From an uncultured delta proteobacterium (GTDB lineage Bacteria > Desulfobacterota > Syntrophorhabdia > Syntrophorhabdales > Syntrophorhabdaceae), in the NCBI GenBank assembly GCA_963816115.1, contig CAWFIZ010000008.1:189605-253604 (forward strand): a stretch of DNA of 64,000 nucleotides. Reading direction: 5' to 3'. Position numbers and translations under genes: made by a program. Under the pieces are notes generated by a model, which was given only the letters and a program-made list of their open reading frames with translations, ran no database searches and was not told where the DNA came from. Shown piece by piece: positions 1 through 9,505 of this stretch (position 1 is the first letter of the stretch; the number at the start of each line of letters is the position of its first letter).

Positions 1-2
1 GG

Positions 3-206
3 TATAACGAAGACCGCTTCAACCCCCGTGACGGGGCCATGGTAAAGGCAGTTGACGACCTGACAGCCTATGTTGAAACTTACTGTTCAATGGAGAGCGG
101 CGTTAAATCGTCAGATCTGATGGAAGCCCGCCGTTCAATCAAGGAAAAACACAAGGAAACCATTATCGGCAATATCGATTTCCCCGCCCTCTTCGCAGAA
201 TTTTAA
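3..206 (+). CDS. 3' end of a CDS that starts upstream of the window (product not identified; ends ...GNIDFPALFAEF)
   Basis: Frame 3 is open from the window edge to TAA at 204-206. The other two forward frames hit stops within the first ~45 nt. A structured terminator follows. Confidence 0.45.
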   Translation, partial: YNEDRFNPRDGAMVKAVDDLTAYVETYCSMESGVKSSDLMEARRSIKEKHKETIIGNIDFPALFAEF

Positions 207-215
207 ACGGATTCG

Positions 216-308
216 AAAAAACCTTAAAGGCTGTCTCACGCCCGCTCGTCAAAGTTAAAAAGCGGGATCAGGACTGCGACGAACGGGCGTGAGACAAGGT
301 TTTTTTTG
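216..308. terminator. Bidirectional structured terminator between two convergent genes
   Basis: TGTCTCACGCCCG (232-244) pairs with CGGGCGTGAGACA (284-296). It is flanked by an A-run on the left and T8 on the right. An inner CCCGCT/AGCGGG hairpin is also possible. Confidence 0.6.
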
Positions 309-322
309 AAACAGCTTCTCTC

Positions 323-1762
323 TTACCTCCAGAATCGGGGGGTGAAGAGCACCAGTACGGTATAGATCTCCAGGCGGCCCGCCATCATGAGAAAGGAGAG
401 GACCCATTTGCCTGTAGCGGGGATATGTGCGTAGTTCTCCGTGGGGCCCACACTGCCAATGCCCGGCCCCACATTCCCCAGGGTTGCGGCCACGGCGCCG
501 ACGGCGGTGTCGATGTTGAGTCCCAGGAATGTCATGGTCAACACGCCGGCGACAAAGAGGAGCATATAGAGGGCGATAAATGCCACGATATTGGAGACGA
601 TATTCTCCGGCACCAGCTTGCCTGCCATCTTTACCGGAAAAACACCGCGCGGGTGGAAAAGTTTTTTAAGCTCGCTGGCAAGATATTTGAACAGCACATA
701 GATCCTAACGTTCTTGATGGCACCTCCCGTTGAACTGCCGCAGCCGCCGACGAACATGAGGAGCAGGAGAATGAACTGCGTGGCAAAGGGCCATAGTTCA
801 TAGTTCTCCGTCACAAATCCCGTCGTCGTGACAATGGACACGGCCTGGAAAAGGCAGCCGCGGACCAGCTCTTCCGAAAAAGCCGACCCCCTGATGAAGC
901 GGATCGCGATGATCAGGAACGTGGAGATCAGTACAATGCCGTAAAAAAGGCGGAATTCCGGGTTTCGAAAATAGTGGCCCGGCCTGCCTTTCAGGGCCCA
1001 ATAGTGGAGGTTGAAATTTGTTCCAGCAATAAGCATGAAAAAAATGATCACATACTGGACATAGGGTGATGGATATGCAGCGATGCTCGCGTTGAGCGGG
1101 GCATACCCGCCTGTCGCCATGGTCCCGAAGGTCACGCAAAGGGCCTCAAAGAAGTTGAGCCCTCCCAGCATGAGGCAAATTGTCTGGGCGACGGTAAATA
1201 TCAGGTAGACCCACCAGAGAATCTTAGCGGTCGCGCTGATCCTGGGCGAGATCCTGTCCTTTGTCGGCCCGGGCACCTCTGCCTTGAAGAGTTGCGCCCC
1301 GCCCACTCCCAGGAACGGGAACACGGCAACGGCGATGGCGATGACGCCCATACCGCCCAGCCACTGCGTCATGTTCCGCCATAAGAGGAGGCTCTTCGGC
1401 ACCACCTCGATATCAGTGAGGATCGAGGCGCCCGTGGTGGTGAAACCTGACATGGTCTCGAAATAGGCGTCGGTAAGGCCCGGGATGGAACCGGAAAACA
1501 TAAAAGGGAGCGCGCCGAAGAAGGCCAGGCTGATCCAGCTCAAGGTGACGGTGAGAAAACCCTCCCTGGTGGAGAGTTCCGTCGGCATGATGGTAAATGA
1601 CCTGACAATGACGCTCAATACCGCCAGTCCGGCGGCCGTGGAGATAAAGATCACATGGACCCCGTCCCTGTAATATAATGAAAAGGCCAGCGGCAAGACA
1701 AAACACCCGCCCAGGATCAGCCACAACCGTGACAGCACGTAAAAGATATTGGATGCCTTCAA
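323..1762 (-). CDS. trkH: Trk-type potassium uptake membrane subunit TrkH
   Basis: 479-aa polytopic membrane protein of typical TrkH length. It contains repeated pore-loop-like motifs (TTTGF, MATGGY). It lies directly downstream of trkA. Confidence 0.85.
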   Translation of the reverse strand: MKASNIFYVLSRLWLILGGCFVLPLAFSLYYRDGVHVIFISTAAGLAVLSVIVRSFTIMPTELSTREGFLTVTLSWISLAFFGALPFMFSGSIPGLTDAYFETMSGFTTTGASILTDIEVVPKSLLLWRNMTQWLGGMGVIAIAVAVFPFLGVGGAQLFKAEVPGPTKDRISPRISATAKILWWVYLIFTVAQTICLMLGGLNFFEALCVTFGTMATGGYAPLNASIAAYPSPYVQYVIIFFMLIAGTNFNLHYWALKGRPGHYFRNPEFRLFYGIVLISTFLIIAIRFIRGSAFSEELVRGCLFQAVSIVTTTGFVTENYELWPFATQFILLLLMFVGGCGSSTGGAIKNVRIYVLFKYLASELKKLFHPRGVFPVKMAGKLVPENIVSNIVAFIALYMLLFVAGVLTMTFLGLNIDTAVGAVAATLGNVGPGIGSVGPTENYAHIPATGKWVLSFLMMAGRLEIYTVLVLFTPRFWR

Positions 1763-1773
1763 TCAAGCCCCTT

Positions 1774-3117
1774 TCAGGAAAAGCGCCCTTCGATGGCCGC
1801 TATGGCCTGGGGGAGGGCAAAGATGATCACCCTGTCCCCGGGCTCGATCGTACTGTCACCATAGGGGACCATGACCTCCTTGCCCCTTACGATGGCCGCC
1901 ACCATTGATCCGTCGGGCAATTTCAGTTTTTTTAAAGACTTTCCTGTAAGCTTGCTTCCTTTGCCGATCTCGATCTCGATAGCCTCGGCGTCAATACCGT
2001 GAAAGGTGGCCACGGAAACTATCTCCCCCCTTCGTATCAGTCTGAGGATCGCGTTTGCCGTTACGAGACGGACATTCACCGTGGAATCAATACCAATGAC
2101 GGGCATGAGCGGCAGATAGGTCACCTTGTTCACCAGGGCGATGGTCTTATGGATGCCGAGGTGTTTCGCAAGCAGGCACGATATGATGTTCGTCTCGTCA
2201 TCGGATGTAACGGCAACAATGGCGTCCATGTTCAGGATCCCTTCCTGGGCAAGCACATCTATCTCCGTGCCGTCGGCATGGACAACCATGGATCTTTTCA
2301 GCGTTCCCGCGATCTGCAGTGATTTTTCCCGGTCAGACTCGATGAGGGTCACATCGATATCCTTCTCTTCGAGGTTCCTCGCCACCGCCCGGCCGATCTT
2401 GCCCCCTCCCAGGATCATGATCTTTTCAAGTTTCTCATCGCTCTTACCCGTCATGGCCAAAAGTTCCGGCAGGCTGTCCTTTTTGGTGACGACGAAGACC
2501 TGGTCATTCTTGTTGATGTATTCGTCCCCGTCGGGGATGATCGTTCTATCGCCTTTCCAGATCGCGATGATCCTGAAGTTCTTTCGCTGCTGCTCCGTTC
2601 CAATGTTCTTGAGCTGTGTGTTCAGGATCGGGCAACCCGCGTCCACCTTGAGACCCACCATCAGGATCTTCCCATCCTCGAACTCAACGATCTCCGACGC
2701 GATGGACCGCATGAGCAGGCGCGTTATCTCTTCCGCTACCTCATCTTCGGGGTGTATAAAGAGGTCTACCCCCACGTCCTGCGGCTTGAGGACCGACGAT
2801 TCGCTGTAATAATCGGGGTTGCGCACCCGGGCGATCTTGCGCTTCACCCCCATCCTGGAGGCCACCATGCAGGCAAGGATGTTCACCTCGTCGACGGTTG
2901 TGGCGGCAATGAGCATGTCAGCCGACTGGAGTCCGGCCTCTTTCAGCACGTGCTGGCTGGCGCCATCGCCATGTATGACGGCAATATCGAGCACCTCCTG
3001 GATCTTTTCACATTTTTTCCCGTCCCCGTCAATAACGACGAGGTCGTGTTTTTCCTGGGACAGGCGCGTGGCCAGGTGAAGGCCCACCTCTCCCGCTCCT
3101 ATGATGACGATCTTCAT
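1774..3117 (-). CDS. trkA: Trk system NAD-binding peripheral subunit TrkA
   Basis: 447 aa with two tandem Rossmann motifs (IIGAGEVG and ILGGGKIGRAV), each followed by a TrkA-C-like segment. Adjacent to trkH. Confidence 0.9.
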   Translation of the reverse strand: MKIVIIGAGEVGLHLATRLSQEKHDLVVIDGDGKKCEKIQEVLDIAVIHGDGASQHVLKEAGLQSADMLIAATTVDEVNILACMVASRMGVKRKIARVRNPDYYSESSVLKPQDVGVDLFIHPEDEVAEEITRLLMRSIASEIVEFEDGKILMVGLKVDAGCPILNTQLKNIGTEQQRKNFRIIAIWKGDRTIIPDGDEYINKNDQVFVVTKKDSLPELLAMTGKSDEKLEKIMILGGGKIGRAVARNLEEKDIDVTLIESDREKSLQIAGTLKRSMVVHADGTEIDVLAQEGILNMDAIVAVTSDDETNIISCLLAKHLGIHKTIALVNKVTYLPLMPVIGIDSTVNVRLVTANAILRLIRRGEIVSVATFHGIDAEAIEIEIGKGSKLTGKSLKKLKLPDGSMVAAIVRGKEVMVPYGDSTIEPGDRVIIFALPQAIAAIEGRFS

Positions 3118-3249
3118 TTAATAAACCTTTCCTGCCATTTAGTTCAAAGACATTAGCAAAAAAGATTTTCCCTGTCAAACCCCAAATCGCAGGGCGCAGG
3201 TCGCGCTTGACAAAAACCCAACATGCCGATAACCTTTCCTAAGGTATCC

Positions 3250-4515
3250 ATGAAAAACACCCGGGTAAAAATCCCAATTTTTCTTCTCATATCAGTGTTC
3301 ACTTTTTTGCTTATTGGCAGCTTCGTCCTGCTGTCTCCTGCAAACGCCGCTGAAAGCGGCTGCGTGAAATGCCACACCAGCGAGAATCTGCTCAAGACGC
3401 TCCATAAACCGTCGAAGGTCGTTGTCTCGGAAGGTGAGGGGTGAGCGGGCCCCCCTCCGTCGGTGCCGGCGGAACTGCAGTACAGGATCTTTCTTGTAGA
3501 TAAAAAGCTCATCGATACGGACCCCCATTTCGTTGACGGGTGCGCCTCATGCCACAGGGGTGACGAAAAGGCACCCTCCAGGGACAAGGCGCACAAGGGG
3601 CTCGTGAAAAGGCCGTCGTCAGACCTCACGGTCTGCGAGAGGTGCCATGACAACGTGGCAAAGACATACAAGGATTCCCTCCACTTCACAACTGCAGGCC
3701 TGAAGCACGGGGTATCGGGCAGGTTCTCTGCGAAGGAGCAGAAAATATTCGACGAAAAGGTCTTCCGGCAATCGTGCAGGAGCTGCCACGCGTCATGCGG
3801 CGACTGCCACGTGAGGTCACCCAGGATAGGCGGCATTACCACAGGCTTTATCAAGAACCACCAGTTCGTCGGGAAGGATGATGGGAAAACCTGCTCAGTG
3901 TGCCACGGGGGTCGGGTATACCCTGAATTCACAGGCGACTACGGCGGCGCGGCCGATGTCCACTACCAGAAGGGCATGACCTGCCTCGATTGCCATAAAA
4001 AAACAGAGTTCCACGGCACCGCAACGATCTATAAAACAAAAAAAGATGTAAAGGAAAAGCCGGCCTGCGTGGGCTGTCATAAGAGTGGTGACGAAAAGAC
4101 GGAAAAGGCAAAGACCTCACACGCGCAGCACAAGGACAAAGTGAACTGTTACGCCTGCCACTCCGGGGGTTCGTACAGAAATTGCTATGACTGCCACCTG
4201 GGAAAAGGGGCAACGTCGAAGCCCGGGTTCATTCTCGGTCTGAGCACGAAAGACAAAAAGACCGTCACGACCCTTCGGATCACCCCCACCGTCCGGGACA
4301 CCTTTAAGAGTGCCGGGATCATGATGGAAAAATACGATGCCCTTCCCAATTACTGGGACGCGGCCACGCACAATATCAAAAAAAGGACTGAAAGGACCCG
4401 ATCCTGCGAGATCTGCCACGTCGAAAAGCAGGACTTCCTCACAAGGGAAACGCTCATCAAGAACGGCTCAAAGGCCAATGAAAGCCTGCTCTATAGCCCG
4501 AAACCAATAAAATAA
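3250..4515 (+). CDS. Periplasmic multiheme c-type cytochrome (11 CxxCH motifs) interrupted by one in-frame UGA at 3442-3444; candidate selenoprotein or pseudogene
   Basis: Signal peptide MKNTRVKIPIFLLISVFTFLLIGSFVLLSPANA. Heme motifs: CVKCH, then CASCH, CERCH, CRSCH, CGDCH, CSVCH, CLDCH, CVGCH, CYACH, CYDCH, CEICH. Track ORFs 3223-3444 and 3463-4515 are in the same frame and are separated only by TGA plus 18 nt. Confidence 0.6.
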
Positions 4516-4530
4516 AGAAGGAGGCAATCG

Positions 4531-5427
4531 ATGAAAAGAAGGATATTATACACTGTTGTTCTTGTTCTCCTGGCGTTCCTGGTAGTCCCTTTCACAACCG
4601 TCGCGAGGGACATCAAACCCGTTGTATCCACCGACTGGCTTGCAAAGAACATGGATAATCCGAAGCTTGTCATTCTCGACATCAGGAAGGTAGAGGACTA
4701 CAAGGCCGGGCACATACCTAAGGCCGTCAACATTTTCGTCAATTCACTGGCCGTGATGAAAGGCGGCCTGAGAAACGAAATTCCCCCTCTCGATGACCTT
4801 GCGGACATCATAGGTTCAGCCGGCATAAGTCCCGATTCTCTCGTCGTCGTCGTTGGCGACGCAGACATACTGCCAAACCGTTCCGGCATTACACGGGTCG
4901 CCTGGACCCTCAGATACGCGGGCATCGCCAATGTGGCCGTCCTGAACGGCGGTTACGAAAAGTGGAAGGCGGACAAAAAATCAATTTCAACGGATGTGGT
5001 AAAACCCAAACCGGTGAAGTTCCAGGTCAAGGCCAACGAAGCCATGGTGGCGAAAAAAGACTACGTCATCGGCGCCATCGGCAAAACAACAATCGTAGAT
5101 GCGAGGGATGCCGAGTTTTACGAGGGTAAAAAGAAATTGGATTTTGTCGCCAAAACGGGGAGGATAAAAGGAGCGGTCAACCTCCCCGCCATGGCCGCAT
5201 ACAATAAGGACGGGACATTCAAGAGCAAGAAGGAACTCGCCGACCTGGCTGCAAAAGCGGTCGGCACCGATACCGCAAAAGAGATCATCGTGTACTGCGA
5301 TACGGGGAGATTTGCCACCGTCTGGGCTTATATTCTGGGCGATCTCCTGGGATACAAGAACGTGAAGAGCTATGACGGTTCATCGGAAGAATGGATGAAA
5401 GACCCCAAGGCGCCGACGGAACCGTAA
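4531..5427 (+). CDS. Secreted tandem-rhodanese sulfurtransferase (thiosulfate/3-mercaptopyruvate sulfurtransferase-like)
   Basis: 298 aa with an N-terminal signal peptide and two rhodanese-like halves. Active-site loop CDTGRFA is in the second half. Starts 16 nt after the cytochrome stop, preceded by GAAGGAGG. Confidence 0.8.
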   Translation: MKRRILYTVVLVLLAFLVVPFTTVARDIKPVVSTDWLAKNMDNPKLVILDIRKVEDYKAGHIPKAVNIFVNSLAVMKGGLRNEIPPLDDLADIIGSAGISPDSLVVVVGDADILPNRSGITRVAWTLRYAGIANVAVLNGGYEKWKADKKSISTDVVKPKPVKFQVKANEAMVAKKDYVIGAIGKTTIVDARDAEFYEGKKKLDFVAKTGRIKGAVNLPAMAAYNKDGTFKSKKELADLAAKAVGTDTAKEIIVYCDTGRFATVWAYILGDLLGYKNVKSYDGSSEEWMKDPKAPTEP

Positions 5428-5445
5428 GAAATAGGATTAAGGGAT

Positions 5446-5513
5446 CAGGGCCAAGGGGTCAGAGAAAAGCAAAGGATGGATTGGTTTTGTCTTTCTCTGA
5501 ACCCTTGGCCCTG
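5446..5513. terminator. Long-stem hairpin between convergent genes
   Basis: CAGGGCCAAGGGGTCAGAGAAAG pairs with CTTTCTCTGAACCCTTGGCCCTG (about 22 bp, one mismatch). Loop is about 21 nt. Confidence 0.6.
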
Positions 5514-5522
5514 CCTTTTCTA

Positions 5523-6641
5523 TCACTTTTCTTTCACCGTTATCGTTATCTCCTTCTCCAGCTCCATGTTCCCGAGGAAATGGTGTTTCACGAGGATGCG
5601 GACCTTTGAGGTCCCCGGCTGCTGCGCTCTCAACTCCCGGGTGAGGCGTGTTTCCCCAACAAGCCAGCCTTCCTTGTCAATGATGTGGCTGTATGCGCTT
5701 GCCTTTTTCTGGGGCACGATCGCGTCCCCCTCGACGGTCAGGTCATAGAAAGGGCCGCTCTTGCTTCCTTCCCGGCCGTATTGCAGCACTGCAGTTTCAC
5801 CCACGGTGAGGGCGGCGCCGTCCCCAAGGTAAAAAAAGGTATAGTTCTTCATAATGGAGCTTCCCTCGGAGCCCTTCGCGATGACGGTAAGGGTGTTCCT
5901 GCCTTTTTTCCATGCCGGTTCAAAGGAGCGAAGGGACATGTCGCCGCCGGAGAGCCTGGGGTAGACATCGTTGCCGTTGAAAAGTATCCTCACATCATTG
6001 ATGTTGGCCGTGGCAAGGGTAAGTTTCTCTTTCGCGAAGACCAGTTCCCGTTCACCGGTATGCTGCAGGAGGCTCAAGAACGGTGCCGGTTTCCAGTCAA
6101 GGGTGTCTTTTGCCTCGATCTTTTTTCCGTCAACAACGGTCCTCACCGTTACCGTTTTTTTGCCGGCTTTTCCCGGAACAAAGAGGATGCTCACCATGTT
6201 GCGGTCTGTTGAAAAACCGCCCGAACTGTGGCGCGTCCTGACATGCTTCCCGCCGACCTCAACAGTGAATTTCGGGTCCATCCACGCCTTGGGGAATTCC
6301 AGGCCGACCGAGGCATACACCCTGTCCTTCAGCGCCTCGATCGAAGTGATCCTCAACGCCTGCGGGGGCAGGCACACGTCCTCACAGGCCTGCTTTGTCT
6401 CAAAGGGCACCGCTCCCTGGCACCCGCCCCAGAAGAAAGCCTTGCACTCTTTGCCCTTCCCGTCAAAATAGAACTTTTCGAAAAGCGCCTTGCATGGGCC
6501 AACCTCCGGCTTCATGTCACACTTCAGGAACATAAGGTCCTCGTCGGGTCTGTCTTTTCTTGCCGGCTCGCCGGCATAGGCAGCTGAAAAAAAGAACAGC
6601 ATAAGTAACGAACAGAGGAAAGATCTTTTTAATACGCTCAT
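5523..6641 (-). CDS. Secreted protein with an N-terminal Kunitz/BPTI protease-inhibitor domain and a ~280-aa beta-rich C-terminal region of unknown function
   Basis: Signal peptide, then CDMKPEVGPCKALFEKFYFDGKGKECKAFFWGGCQGAVPFETKQACEDVC. This carries the six-Cys Kunitz spacing and the GPCKA and GGC signatures. The ATG at 6641 has an AAGGGTGG ribosome-binding site; a GTG at 6650 is an alternative start. Confidence 0.75.
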   Translation of the reverse strand: MSVLKRSFLCSLLMLFFFSAAYAGEPARKDRPDEDLMFLKCDMKPEVGPCKALFEKFYFDGKGKECKAFFWGGCQGAVPFETKQACEDVCLPPQALRITSIEALKDRVYASVGLEFPKAWMDPKFTVEVGGKHVRTRHSSGGFSTDRNMVSILFVPGKAGKKTVTVRTVVDGKKIEAKDTLDWKPAPFLSLLQHTGERELVFAKEKLTLATANINDVRILFNGNDVYPRLSGGDMSLRSFEPAWKKGRNTLTVIAKGSEGSSIMKNYTFFYLGDGAALTVGETAVLQYGREGSKSGPFYDLTVEGDAIVPQKKASAYSHIIDKEGWLVGETRLTRELRAQQPGTSKVRILVKHHFLGNMELEKEITITVKEK

Positions 6642-6775
6642 AGTTGCCACCCTTTAAGCCCGATGTGTTTCATGTGCACCCTTTTGAACTCCCGAAAAAG
6701 GAAATAAATGCCGCGCGTAAAGCAATGAGAAGCGTGTGACATGCGAAGTGGGACGTGCGACAGTTTTTTCAAGCC

Positions 6776-7336
6776 CTACTTGATCTTCGGCAGGACCTTC
6801 TCGGCAACTTTCCGGGATTGGTCAAGGTCCTGGTCGGCGCGTGCCTTGTCCATGGCTTCCCTGTTCTTGAAACTCCCACCAAGATAGGAACTGACATGGA
6901 TATTCACAAGATGATCCCCCTTCACTATCCACAGGTCATAACCGTTCCAGAAGGCATCGTCACCCAGGCCGGTTATCACCTTTAATTGTTTTGCCGTGTT
7001 CTCGTTGGCCAGGCGGGCCTTTTTCTGCCTTGTGAACACGTCCTTCGCGGAGCTGAACATCCCTTCCTTTTTGATCTCCTCCGTCGACGATATCTTCAGC
7101 TTTACGCTGTACGTGCCGCCTTTTTTCTTGTAAAAGTAGGTGCAACTGTTGCCGGCGGGTGCTGCGGTCTTGTCGCTGCGCTCAGAGGAAATTATCTCCT
7201 TGAGGAATGCCTCCGCCTCCGCTTTTGTAAAAAGATCGCAGGGATTGACAGCGCCAGCCGCCCCGGCAGGTGCCGGGGAAAAGATAATGGCCACGAACAT
7301 GACCGCAAAGATAACAGGTACACACTTTTTCATCAT
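6776..7336 (-). CDS. Secreted hypothetical protein
   Basis: 186-aa ORF. Signal peptide MMKKCVPVIFAVMFVAIIFSPAPAGAAG. AAAGGGG ribosome-binding site before the ATGATG start. Confidence 0.6.
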   Translation of the reverse strand: MMKKCVPVIFAVMFVAIIFSPAPAGAAGAVNPCDLFTKAEAEAFLKEIISSERSDKTAAPAGNSCTYFYKKKGGTYSVKLKISSTEEIKKEGMFSSAKDVFTRQKKARLANENTAKQLKVITGLGDDAFWNGYDLWIVKGDHLVNIHVSSYLGGSFKNREAMDKARADQDLDQSRKVAEKVLPKIK

Positions 7337-7401
7337 CGCCCCTTTAAAAAGATCGTTCAAACCGCTCGAGCGGCTTGAACAGCTTTAACGTAGATATTGC
7401 T

Positions 7402-7419
7402 ATTTATAGTACTATAAAT
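7402..7419. promoter_or_regulatory. Perfect 18-bp palindrome ATTTATAGTACTATAAAT (candidate operator)
   Basis: The sequence equals its own reverse complement. It lies in the AT-rich spacer about 65 nt upstream of the 7336 start. It is nested between the 11-bp inverted repeat GCGGCTTGAAC (7372-7382) and GTTCAAGCCGC (7456-7466). Confidence 0.4.
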
Positions 7420-7469
7420 TGAAGACAGTTTAAATGGAACTAATGGTCTTGAGCGGTTCAAGCCGCCCT

Positions 7470-7863
7470 TAATGCTGTTGGCTCAAGACCGCGTCGCATG
7501 AAGCAGTCGTCCAGCGGAGCGTTCTCGGCGTCAGAGATGATGAAGCGAATGTTATCTGGCCTGTGCAGGCTCTGGTTGATCTTCGATCATCTTTTCCGCG
7601 AAGTCGAGCTCATAGAGCGTGCCGGTCGCCGTGATACGTTCCAGAATGTACGGAACCAGAACGCCCGTTCCGCATCCGGCGTCCAGCACGCAGTCTCCCG
7701 GCGTAAACGGGAGCAGTGAAAAAAGGCGCTCAAAGTCCTTTGTCATGCTTGTCGTATCGCCCGGTCGCTTTGGATCGCGGTACCACATGTCGATCCACTT
7801 TTCGGCGTGTTCATTAAAAAATTGCTTTCGCGCGCGATAGATCTCATCCGGCGTCATTTTCAT
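7470..7863 (-). pseudogene. Class I SAM-dependent methyltransferase, frameshifted and 3'-truncated
   Basis: Motif I (VLDAGCGTGVL) is in ORF 7552-7863. Homology continues in a second frame (DNIRFIISDAENAPLDDCF) and a third frame (DAVLSQQH*). It then ends at the AT-rich spacer. Confidence 0.65.
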
Positions 7864-7881
7864 GGAAGAGGTTTTCCTTTT

Positions 7882-8705
7882 TTAACCTTGATGCCAACGG
7901 CGTTTGGGCGAGAATACGAACGCAGCGGCAAAGATGATCGTTGCCATCAGCACGACCGACGCGCCGGATGGAAGATCAAAAACATAAGATACGACAAGTC
8001 CCAGAACGCAGGCCAGAATGCCGGCGGCCGCGGAAATGAGAAAAAAGTACTTCAGGTTGTAGGTCAACTGCAGCGCCGTCGCGCCCGGCTGAACCAGCAG
8101 CGCAAAAATGAGCAGCCCGCCGACGGTGGACAGGTTCGCAGAAACCACCGCGCCGGTAGAAACAGCAGGGCGTAGTAAATCACCCGCTCCGGCACGCCGC
8201 TGGCGCGGCAAGCCGCCGGTTGAACAGGACAGCGCGGATTTCCTTGAAAAATAACAAGACAAAAGCACGAAACGCAACGTGACGACCGGCAGCACCATGA
8301 CGTCCGAGTTCCGACAGCGACAACAGGCTGCCCCACATCAGATTGAGCGCGCCGGCCTTGGTCCTGGTGAGAATGCCCATCCCGAGAAACGCAATCGCCC
8401 ATCAGGAAGGAAAACAGGATGCCGAGGACGTTTTCCGGAGCGATATCCGTGCGGTCCGAAAGCGGCCCGAGAACGGCCGCCGCAAGGAGGCACAGGACGA
8501 ACCCGCTGAAAAAGGGATTGATGTCCAGCAGCATGCCCAGCACGGCGCCCGCAAAAGCGGCGTGCGACATGGAGACGCCGATCAGCGGCATTTTCATCAA
8601 CACCACAAAGACGGACAGAAGCGAGCAGCTGGCGCCGCACAGAATGCAGGCAACGACGGCGCGCTGAATGGGCGGGTACGTAAGAGCATCGAACAGATGG
8701 TTCAA
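7882..8705 (-). pseudogene. ZnuB/TroC-like metal ABC transporter permease, multiply frameshifted
   Basis: Family-like sequence can be followed through at least four frame changes. The segments are MNHLFDALTYPPIQRAVV..., GILTRTKAGALNLMWGSLLSLSE, GVPERVIYYALLFL and TVGGLLIFALLVQPGATALQL...DLPSGASVVLMATIIF. Confidence 0.75.
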
Positions 8706-9482
8706 CCATAGGAGACAAACCGCCTTCCGTTGCGTTCGAAAGTCTCGAGCGGATATTGAAACAGCCCGCTCAGCGTATCGCCCGACGAGCGCTTTGTGAA
8801 TGTCGCCGTCAAAGACCTTTTTGCCGGCGCTGCAGCATGACGGCGCGGCGCATCGCAGACGGGAAGCATGTTGAAATCGTGCGTGACGAAGAGGAAGGTC
8901 AGGCGCTTCGCGCTCGGGAATTTCACTCGATCAGGTCCAAGACCTCTTTCTGAACGGCAATGTCCAGATTGGCGGTCGGTTCATCCAGGAGCAAAATATC
9001 CGGCTGCTGCAGAATAGCGCGTGCCAGCGATACTTTCTGCCGTTCGCCTCCGGACAACTGCCCCAGGGGCCTTTCGGCAAGGTGGGCCACGCGCATCATC
9101 TCCATGAGCCGCAGAGCCTCTTCATGCTCTTTTTGCCGGGAGTTCGGAAGAGGCCCGAGTCGGCCCGACAGCACCCGTCATCACGGCCTCGGCCGCCAGA
9201 ATCGGAAAAGCCGGGTCGATAGGAAACAGCTGCGGAACGTACCCGACGCGAAGCCGGTTGTCCGGCGCGGCTCCACGACTCGCGACGTCCGAAAAGGCTG
9301 AGGTTCGCCGGAAATTTTCGAACCCGGCTATGACATGGAGAAGCGTGGTTTTCCCGGCGCCGTTGGGGCCGATGATGCCGACAAACTCGTTGCGCAACAC
9401 GCAGAGGCTGATATTCGTCCAGGAGCAGCGTCGTCTTACGTTTGCGGACGGTTAAATCCTTAAGGTCTATGATGGTTGTCAT
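8702..9482 (-). pseudogene. ZnuC-like metal ABC transporter ATPase, multiply frameshifted
   Basis: Walker A (GIIGPNGAGKTTLL), the signature plus Walker B ([27 protein letters not shown]) and the H-loop (FVTHD) lie in different reading frames. Confidence 0.8.
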
Positions 9483-9505
9483 TCATAGAACATTACAGTG
9501 ACAGG

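Noticed and set aside
3463-4515. Treating the 10-heme ORF as an independent gene starting at GTG 3463
   Set aside because: It would lack a signal peptide, which is required for periplasmic heme attachment. It is also in frame with the upstream signal-peptide ORF across a single TGA.
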